Shown piece after piece: positions 54,085 through 64,000 of a stretch of DNA of 64,000 nucleotides. Origin of the DNA: Eledone cirrhosa. Lineage: Eukaryota. The stretch spans positions 13,392,001 through 13,456,000 of the forward strand of contig OZ024744.1 in assembly GCA_964016885.1 (NCBI GenBank), given 5' to 3'. Position numbers and translations under genes: made by a program. The notes beneath the pieces are model-generated. The model saw only the letters and a program-made list of their open reading frames with translations. It searched no databases and was not told where the DNA came from. Every line of letters starts with the position of its first letter. Position 1 is the first letter of the stretch.

Positions 54085-57000
54085 AACTCCAATACTATGG
54101 ATATGTGGTTAGAATGTCTCAGTAGATCAGAGAGTCATTCCAGTTAAAGCCACTCTCTAAATTGAGAGATCACAACTCCCATAATATGGACGTGTGGTTA
54201 GAATGTCTCAGTAGATCAGAGAATCACTCCAGTTAAAGCTACTCTCTAAATTGAGAGATCACAACTCCCATACTATGGAAGTGTGGTTAGAATGTCTTAG
54301 TAGATCAGAGAGTCACTCCAGTTAAAGCCACTCTCTAAATTGAGAGATCACAAATCCCATACTATAGACATGTGGTTAGAATGTCTCAGTAGATCAGAAA
54401 GTCACTCCAGTTAAAGCTACACTCAAAATTGAGAGATCACAACTCCAATACTATGGACATGGGGTTAGAATGTCTCAGTAGATCAGAGTGTCACTCCAGT
54501 TAAAGCCACTCTCTAAATTGAGGGATCACAACTCCCATACTATGGACATGTTGTTAGAATGTCTCAGTAGATCAGAGAGTCACTCCAGTTAAAGCCACTC
54601 TCTAAATTGAGAGATCACAACTCCAATACTATGGACATGGGGTTTGAAAGTCTCAGTAGATTAGAGTGTCACTCCAGTTAAAGCTACTCTCTGAATTGAG
54701 AGATCACAACTCCAATACTATGGACATGGGGTTTGAATGTCTCAGTAGATCAGAGAGTCGCTCAAGTTAAAGCCACTCTCTAAATTGAGAGATCACAACT
54801 CCAATACTATGGACATGTGGTTAGAACCTCTCAGTAGATCAGAGTGTTACTCCAGTTAAAGCTACTCTCTAAATTGAGAGATCACATCTCCCATACTATG
54901 GACATGTGGTTAGAATGTCTCAGTAGATCAGAGAGTCACTCTTGTTAAAGCTACTCTCTAAATTGAGAGATCACAACTCCCATACTATGGACATGTTGTT
55001 TAAATGTCTCAGTAGATCAGAGAGTCACTCCAGTTAAAGCTGCTCTCTAAATTGAGAGATCACAACTCCCATACTATGGACATGGGGTTTGAATGTCTCA
55101 CTAGATCAGAGAGTCACTCCAGTTAAAGCTACTCTCTAAATTGAGAGATCACAACTCCCATACTATGGACATGTGGTTACAATCTCTCAGTAGATCAGAG
55201 AGTCATTCCAGTTAAAGCCACTCTCTAAATTGAGAGATCACAACTCACATACTATGGACGTGTGGTTAGAATGTCTCAGTAGATCAGAGAATCACTCCAG
55301 TTAAAGCTACTCTCTAAATTGAGAGATCACAACTCCCATACTATGGAAATGTGGTTAGAACGTCTCAGTAGATCAGAGAGTCACTCCAGTTAAAGCCACT
55401 CTCTAAATTGAGAGATCACAACTCCAATACTATGGACATGTGGTTAGAATGTCTCAGTAGATCAGAAAGTCACTCCAGTTAAAGCTACACTCTAAATTGA
55501 GAGATCACAACTCCTATACTATGGACATGGGGTTAGAATGTCTCAGTAGATCACAGTGTCACTCCAGTTAAAGCCACTCTCTAAATTGAGAGATCACAAC
55601 TCCAATACTATGGACATGTGGTTAGAATGTCTCAGTAGATCAGAGAGTCATTCCAGTTAAAGCCACTCTCTAAATTGAGAGATCACAACTCCCATACTAT
55701 GGACGTGTGGTTAGAATGTCTCAGTAGATCAGAGAATCACTCCAGTTAAAGCTACTCTCTAAATTGAGAGATCACAACTCCCATACTATGGAAATGTGGT
55801 TAGAATGTCTCAGTAGATCAGAGAGTCACTCCAGTTAAAGCCACTCTCTAAATTGAGAGATCACAACTCCCATACTATAGACATGTGGTTAGAATGTCTC
55901 AGTAGATCAGAAAGTCACTCCAGTTAAAGCTACACTCTAAATTGAGAGATCACAACTCCAATACTATGGACATGGGGTTTGAATGTCTCCCTAGATCAGA
56001 GAGTCACTCCAGTTAAAGATACTCTCTAAATTGAGAGATCACAACTCCAATACTATGGACATGTGGTTAGAATGTCTCAGTAGATCAGAGAATCACTCCA
56101 GTTAAAGCTACTAGCTAAATTGAGAGATCACAACTCCATACTATGGACATGTGGTTAGAATGTCTCAGTAGAACAGAGAGTCTCTCTTGTTAAAGCTACT
56201 CTCTAAATTGAGAGATCACAACTCCATACTATGGACATGGGGTTTGAATGTCTCAGTAGAACAGAGAGTCTCTCTTGTTAAAACTACTCTCTAAATTGAG
56301 AGATCACAACTCCATACTATGGACATGGGGTTTGAAAGTCTCAGTAGATTAGAGTGTCACTCCAGTTAAAGCCACTCTCGAAATTCAGAGATCACAACTC
56401 CAACACTATGGACATGGGGTTTGAATGTCTCAGTAGATCAGAGTGTCATTCCAGTTAAAGTTACTCTCTAAATTGAGAGATCACAACTCCAATACTATGG
56501 ACATGTGGTTAGAATGTCTCAGTAGATCAGAAAGTCACTCCAGTTAAAGCTACACTCTAAATTGAGAGATCACAACTCATATACTATGGACATGGGTTTA
56601 GAATGTCTCAGTAGATCACAGTGTCACTCCAGTTAAAGCCACTCTCTAAATTGAGGGATCACAACTCCCATACTATGGACATGTTGTTAGAATGTCTCAG
56701 TAGATCAGAGAGTCACTCCAGTTAAAGCCACTCTCTAAATTGAGAGATCACAACTCCAATACTATGGACATGTGGTTAGAATGTCTCAGTAGATCAGAGA
56801 GTCATTCCAGTTAAAGCCACTCTCTAAATTGAGAGATCACAACTCCCATACTATGGACGTGTGGTTAGAATGTCTCAGTAGATCAGAGAGTCACTCCAGT
56901 TAAAGCCACTCTCTAAATTGAGAGATCACAACTCCAATACTATGGATATGTGGTTAGAATGTCTCAGTAGATCAGAGAGTCATTCCAGTTAAAGCCACTC

Positions 57001-59630
57001 TCTAAATTGAGAGATCACAACTCCCATAATATGGACGTGTGGTTAGAATGTCTCAGTAGATCAGAGAATCACTCCAGTTAAAGCTACTCTCTAAATTGAG
57101 AGATCACAACTCCCATACTATGGAAGTGTGGTTAGAATGTCTCAGTAGATCAGAAAGTCACTCCAGTTAAAGCTACACTCAAAATTGAGAGATCACAACT
57201 CCAATACTATGGACATGGGGTTAGAATGTCTCAGTAGATCAGAGTGTCACTCCAGTTAAAGCCACTCTCTAAATTGAGGGATCACAACTCCCATACTATG
57301 GACATGTTGTTAGAATGTCTCAGTAGATCAGAGAGTCACTCCAGTTAAAGCCACTCTCTAAATTGAGAGATCACAACTCCAATACTATGGACATGGGGTT
57401 TGAAAGTCTCAGTAGATTAGAGTGTCACTCCAGTTAAAGCTACTCTCTGAATTGAGAGATCACAACTCCAATACTATGGACATGGGGTTTGAATGTCTCA
57501 GTAGATCAGAGAGTCGCTCAAGTTAAAGCCACTCTCTAAATTGAGAGATCACAACTCCAATACTATGGACATGTGGTTAGAACCTCTCAGTAGATCAGAG
57601 TGTTACTCCAGTTAAAGCTACTCTCTAAATTGAGAGATCACATCTCCCATACTATGGACATGTGGTTAGAATGTCTCAGTAGATCAGAGAGTCACTCTTG
57701 TTAAAGCTACTCTCTAAATTGAGAGATCACAACTCCCATACTATGGACATGTTGTTTAAATGTCTCAGTAGATCAGAGAGTCACTCCAGTTAAAGCTGCT
57801 CTCTAAATTGAGAGATCACAACTCCCATACTATGGACATGGGGTTTGAATGTCTCACTAGATCAGAGAGTCACTCCAGTTAAAGCTACTCTCTAAATTGA
57901 GAGATCACAACTCCCATACTATGGACATGTGGTTACAATCTCTCAGTAGATCAGAGAGTCATTCCAGTTAAAGCCACTCTCTAAATTGAGAGATCACAAC
58001 TCACATACTATGGACGTGTGGTTAGAATGTCTCAGTAGATCAGAGAATCACTCCAGTTAAAGCTACTCTCTAAATTGAGAGATCACAACTCCCATACTAT
58101 GGAAATGTGGTTAGAACGTCTCAGTAGATCAGAGAGTCACTCCAGTTAAAGCCACTCTCTAAATTGAGAGATCACAACTCCAATACTATGGACATGTGGT
58201 TAGAATGTCTCAGTAGATCAGAAAGTCACTCCAGTTAAAGCTACACTCTAAATTGAGAGATCACAACTCCTATACTATGGACATGGGGTTAGAATGTCTC
58301 AGTAGATCACAGTGTCACTCCAGTTAAAGCCACTCTCTAAATTGAGAGATCACAACTCCAATACTATGGACATGTGGTTAGAATGTCTCAGTAGATCAGA
58401 GAGTCATTCCAGTTAAAGCCACTCTCTAAATTGAGAGATCACAACTCCCATACTATGGACGTGTGGTTAGAATGTCTCAGTAGATCAGAGAATCACTCCA
58501 GTTAAAGCTACTCTCTAAATTGAGAGATCACAACTCCCATACTATGGAAATGTGGTTAGAATGTCTCAGTAGATCAGAGAGTCACTCCAGTTAAAGCCAC
58601 TCTCTAAATTGAGAGATCACAACTCCCATACTATAGACATGTGGTTAGAATGTCTCAGTAGATCAGAAAGTCACTCCAGTTAAAGCTACACTCTAAATTG
58701 AGAGATCACAACTCCAATACTATGGACATGGGGTTTGAATGTCTCCCTAGATCAGAGAGTCACTCCAGTTAAAGATACTCTCTAAATTGAGAGATCACAA
58801 CTCCAATACTATGGACATGTGGTTAGAATGTCTCAGTAGATCAGAGAATCACTCCAGTTAAAGCTACTAGCTAAATTGAGAGATCACAACTCCATACTAT
58901 GGACATGTGGTTAGAATGTCTCAGTAGAACAGAGAGTCTCTCTTGTTAAAGCTACTCTCTAAATTGAGAGATCACAACTCCATACTATGGACATGGGGTT
59001 TGAATGTCTCAGTAGAACAGAGAGTCTCTCTTGTTAAAACTACTCTCTAAATTGAGAGATCACAACTCCATACTATGGACATGGGGTTTGAAAGTCTCAG
59101 TAGATTAGAGTGTCACTCCAGTTAAAGCCACTCTCGAAATTCAGAGATCACAACTCCAACACTATGGACATGGGGTTTGAATGTCTCAGTAGATCAGAGT
59201 GTCATTCCAGTTAAAGTTACTCTCTAAATTGAGAGATCACAACTCCAATACTATGGACATGTGGTTAGAATGTCTCAGTAGATCAGAAAGTCACTCCAGT
59301 TAAAGCTACACTCTAAATTGAGAGATCACAACTCATATACTATGGACATGGGTTTAGAATGTCTCAGTAGATCACAGTGTCACTCCAGTTAAAGCCACTC
59401 TCTAAATTGAGGGATCACAACTCCCATACTATGGACATGTTGTTAGAATGTCTCAGTAGATCAGAGAGTGACTCCAGTTAAAGCCACTCTCTAAATTGAG
59501 AGATCACAACTCCAATACTATGGACATGTGGTTAGAATGTCTCAGTAGATCAGAGAGTCATTCCAGTTAAAGCCACTCTCTAAATTGAGAGATCACAACT
59601 CCCATACTATGGACGTGTGGTTAGAATGTC
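54085..59630 (+). repeat. Tandem duplication of 32/31 monomers (2845/2756 bp)
   Basis: GGATATG at 54101/56946 (offset 2845). ACTCAAAATT at 54421/57177, GTCTCCCTAG at 55985/58741 and CTCTCGAAAT at 56380/59136 (offset 2756 = 31x89-3). Confidence 0.9.
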
Positions 59631-62600
59631 TCAGTAGATCAGAGAATCACTCCAGTTAAAGCTACTCTCTAAATTGAGAGATCACAACTCCCATACTATG
59701 GAAACGTGGTTAGAATGTCTTAGTAGATCAGAGAGTCACTCCAGTTAAAGCCACTCTCTAAATTGAGAGATCACAACTCCCATATTATAGACATGTGGTT
59801 AGAATGTCTCAGTAGATCAGAAAGTCACTCCAGTTAAAGCTACACTCTAAATTGAGAGATCACAACTCCAATACTATGGACATGGGGTTAGAATGTCTCA
59901 GTAGATCAGAGTGTCACTCCAGTTAAAGCCACTCTCTAAATTGAGGGATCACAACTCCCATACTATGGACATGTTGTTAGAATGTCTCAGTAGATCAGAG
60001 AGTCACTCCAGTTAAAGCCACTCTCTAAATTGAGAGATCACAACTCCAATACTATGGACATGGGGTTTGAAAGTCTCAGTAGATTAGAGTGTCACTCCAG
60101 TTAAAGCTACTCTCTGAATTGAGAGATCACAACTCCAATACTATGGACATGGGGTTTGAATGTCTCAGTAGATCAGAGAGTCGCTCAAGTTAAAGCCACT
60201 CTCTAAATTGAGAGATCACAACTCCAATACTATGGACATGTGGTTAGAATGTCTCAGTAGATCAGAGTGTCACTCCAGTTAAAGCTACTCTCTAAATTGA
60301 GAGATCACATCTCCCATACTATGGACATGTGGTTAGAATGTCTCAGTAGATCAGAGAGTCACTCTTGTTAAAGCTACTCTCTAAATTGAGAGATCACAAC
60401 TCCCATACTATGGACATGTTGTTTAAATGTCTCAGTAGATCAGAGAGTCACTCCAGTTAAAGCTGCTCTCTAAATTGAGAGATCACAACTCCCATAATAT
60501 GGACATGGGGTTTGAATGTCTCACTAGATCAGAGAGTCACTCCAGTTAAAGCTACTCTCTAAATTGAGAGATCACAACTCCCATACTATGGACATGTGGT
60601 TAGAATGTCTCAGTAGATCAGAAAGTCACTCCAGTTAAAGCTACACTCTAAATTGAGAGATCACAACTCCTATACTATGGACATGGGGTTAGAATGTCTC
60701 AGTAGATCACAGTGTCACTCCAGTTAAAGCCACTCTCTAAATTGAGAGATCACAACTCCAATACTATGGACATGTGGTTAGAATGTCTCAGTAGATCAGA
60801 GAGTCATTCCAGTTAAAGCCACTCTCTAAATTGAGAGATCACAACTCCCATACTATGGACGTGTGGTTCGAATGTCTCAGTAGATCAGAGAATCACTCCA
60901 GTTAAAGCTACTCTCTAAATTGAGAGATCACAACTCCCATACTATGGAAATGTGGTTAGAATGTCTCAGTAGATCAGAGAGTCACTCCAGTTAAAGCCAC
61001 TCTCTAAATTGAGAGATCACAACTCCCATACTATAGACATGTGGTTAGAATGTCTCAGTAGATAAGAAAGTCACTCCAGTTAAAGCTACACTCTAAATTG
61101 AGAGATCACAACTCCAATACTATGGACATGGGGTTAGAATGTCTCAGTAGATCAGAGTGTCACTCCAGTTAAAGCCACTCTCTAAATTGAGGGATCACAA
61201 CTCCCATACTAAGGACATGTTTTTAGAATGTCTCAGTAGATCAGAGAGTCACTCCAGTTAAAGCCACTCTCTAAATTGAGAGATCACAACTCCAATACTA
61301 TGGACATGGGGTTTGAAAGTCTCAGTAGATTAGAGAGTCACTCCAGTTAAAGCTGCTCTCTAAATTGAGAGATCACAACTCCCATACTATGGACATGGGG
61401 TTTGAATGTCTCACTAGATCAGAGAGTCACTCCAGTTAAAGCTACTCTCTAAATTGAGAGATCACAACTCCAATACTATGGACATGTGGTTAGAATGTCT
61501 CAGTAGATCAGAGAATCACTCCAGTTAAAGCTACTCTCTAAATTGAGAGATCACATCTCCCATACTATGGACATGTGGTTAGAATGTCTCAGTAGAACAG
61601 AGAGTCTCTCTTGTTAAAGCTACTCTCTAAATTGAGAGATCACAACTCCATACTATGGACGTGTGGTTAGAATGTCTCAGTAGATCAGAGAATCACTCCA
61701 GTTAAAGCTACTCTCTAAATTGAGAGATCACAACTCCCATACTATGGAAATGTGGTTAGAATGTCTCAGTAGATCAGAGAGTCACTCCAGTTAAAGCCGC
61801 TCTCTAAATTGAGAGATCACAACTCCAATACTATGGACATGGGGTTTGAATGTCTCACTAGATCAGAGAATCACTCCAGTTAAAGCTACTCTCTAAATTG
61901 AGAGATCACAACTCCAATACTATGGACATGGGGTTAGAATGTCTCAGTAGATCAGAGTGTCACTCCAGTTAAAGCCACTCTCTAAATTGAGGGATCACAA
62001 CTCCCATACTATGGACATGTTGTTAGAATGTCTCAGTAGATCAGAGAGTCACTCCAGTTAAAGCCACTCTCTAAATTGAGAGATCACAACTCCAATACTA
62101 TGGACATGGGGTTTGAAAGTCTCAGTAGATTAGAGTGTCACTCCAGTTAAAGCTACTCTCTAAATTGAGAGATCACAACTCCAATACTATGGACATGGGG
62201 TTTGAATGTCTCAGTAGATCAGAGAGTCGCTCAACTTAAAGCCACTCTCTAAATTGAGAGATCACAACTCCAATACTATGGACATGTGGTAAGAATGTCT
62301 CAGTAGATCAGAGTGTCACTCCAGTTAAAGCTACTCTCTAAATTGAGAGATCACATCTCCCATACTATGGACATGTGGTTAGAATGTCTCAGTAGATCAG
62401 AGAGTCACTCTTGTTAAAGCTTCTCTCTAAATTGAGAGATCACAACTCCCATACTATGGACATGTTGTTTAAATGTCTCAGTAGATCAGAGAGTCACTCC
62501 AGATAAAGCTGCTCTCTAAATTGAGAGATCACAACTCCCATACTATGGACATGGGGTTTGAATGTCTCACTAGATCAGAGAGTCACTCCAGTTAAAGCTA

Positions 62601-64000
62601 CTCTCTAAATTGAGAGATCACAACTCTAATACTATGGACATGTGGTTAGAATGTCACAGTAGATCAGAGAATCACTCCAGTTAAAGCTACTCGCTAAATT
62701 GAGAGATCACAACTCCATACTATGGACATGTGGTTAGAATCTCTCAGTAGATCAGAGAATCATTCCAGTTAAAGCCACTCTCTAAATTGAGAGATCACAA
62801 CTCCCATACTATGGACGTGTGGTTAGAATGTCTCAGTAGATCAGAGAATCACTCCAGTTAAAGCTACTCTCTAAATTGAGAGATCACATCTCCCATACTA
62901 TGGACATGTGGTTAGAATGTCTCAGTAGAACAGAGAGTCTCTCTTGTTAAAGCTACTCTCTAAATTGAGAGATCACAACTCCATTCTATGGACATGGGGT
63001 TTGAATGTCTCAGTCGAACAGAGAGTCTCTCTTGTTAAAACTACTCTCTAAATTGAGAGATCACAACTCCAATACTATGGACATGTGGTTAGAATGTCTC
63101 AGTAGATCAGGGAGTCATTCTTGTTAAATCTACTCTCTAAATTGAGAGATCACAACTCCCATACTATGCACATGTGGTTACAATCTCTCAGTAGATCAGA
63201 GAGTCATTCCAGTTAAAGCCACTCTCTAAATTGAGAGATCACAACTCCCGTACTATGGACGTGTGGTTAGAATGTCTCAGTAGATCAGAGAACACTCCAG
63301 TTAAAGCTACTCTCTAAATTGAGAGATCACAACTCCCATACTATGGAAATGTGGTTAGAACGTCTCAGTAGATCAGAGAGTCACTCCAGTTAAAGCCACT
63401 CTCTAAATTGAGAGATCACAACTCCAATACTATGGACATGTGGTTACAATGTCTCAGTAGATCAGAAAGTCACTCCAGTTAAAGCTACACTCTAAATTGA
63501 GAGATCACAACTCCTATACTATGGACATGGGGTTAGAATGTCTCAGTAGATCACAGTGTCACTCCAGTTAAAGCCACTCTCTAAATTGAGGGATCACAAC
63601 TCCCATACTATGGACGTGTGGTTAGAATGTCTCAGTAGATCAGAGAGTCACTCCAGTTAAAGCCACTCTCTAAATTGAGAGATCACAACTCCAATACTAT
63701 GGACATGTGGTTAGAATGTCTCAGTAGATCAGAGAGTCATTCCAGTTAAAGCCACTCTCTAAATTGAGAGATCACAACTCCCATACTATGGACGTGTGGT
63801 TAGAATGTCTCAGTAGATCAGAGAATCACTCAAGTTAAAGCTACTCTCTAAATTGAGAGATCACAACTCCCATACTATGGAAATGTGGTTAGAATGTCTC
63901 AGTAGATCAGAGAGTCACTCCAGTTAAAGCCACTCTCTAAATTGAGAGATCACAACTCCCATACTATAGACATGTGGTTAGAATGTCTCAGTAGATCAGA

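Larger units (their letters stand above)
1..64000 (+). repeat. Satellite DNA array, 89-bp monomer, about 720 head-to-tail copies, extending beyond both window edges
   Basis: Monomer starts fall at 1, 90, 179 and so on, a period of 89. The same consensus is readable on every line to 64000 in one orientation. Monomers typically differ from consensus by a few substitutions. Stop codons occur in all six frames of the consensus. Confidence 0.99.

Noticed and set aside
1-64000. CRISPR array or other repeat-spacer system
   Set aside because: There are no unique spacers. The entire 89 bp is repeated with only point variants, and no cas genes or leader are present.
1-64000. Repeat-protein gene (for example zinc-finger or LRR-like) or degenerate coding array
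   Set aside because: The 89-bp period is not a multiple of 3, every frame on both strands hits a stop within about one monomer, and variants show no visible codon-position pattern.
1-64000. tRNA, 5S rRNA, snRNA or SINE-derived tandem array
   Set aside because: I see no cloverleaf, no Pol III A/B boxes and no oligo-T terminator in the monomer. An Rfam or tRNAscan search would settle it.
1-64000. Strict 178-bp dimeric monomer (alternating A/B subunits)
   Set aside because: Diagnostic alleles do not alternate regularly, and odd-numbered duplication offsets are common. The basic unit is 89 bp.

Overview
The whole 64 kb window is one uninterrupted, head-to-tail, single-orientation tandem array of an 89-bp monomer, about 720 copies and about 39% GC. 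Consensus read by eye: ACTCC(A/C)ATACTATGGACATGTGGTTAGAATGTCTCAGTAGATCAGAGAGTCACTCCAGTTAAAGC(T/C)ACTCTCTAAATTGAGAGATCACA. It looks like eukaryotic satellite DNA, possibly centromeric or pericentromeric, but I cannot assign a species or named family. I see no genes, RNA genes, transposons, CRISPR spacers, inversions or unique sequence. The single listed ORF is a by-product of a 2-bp deletion in one monomer. I found no evidence of a new protein-coding system. The interest is in the array architecture: (i) about 14-20 recognisable monomer types recur in a conserved order, forming a loose higher-order repeat (HOR) with an old internal 6-monomer duplication; (ii) there are nested tandem duplications of 1, 2, 10, 11, 20, 22, 27, 31 and 35 monomers, all in register; (iii) a recently homogenised domain at about 28-43 kb is flanked by more diverged zones; (iv) the monomer is built from three imperfect dyads, and several common variants repair their mismatches; (v) there is an apparent sub-monomer gene-conversion patch at about 49.95 kb. 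All coordinates and spacings were counted by hand, and block boundaries are approximate to about one monomer.
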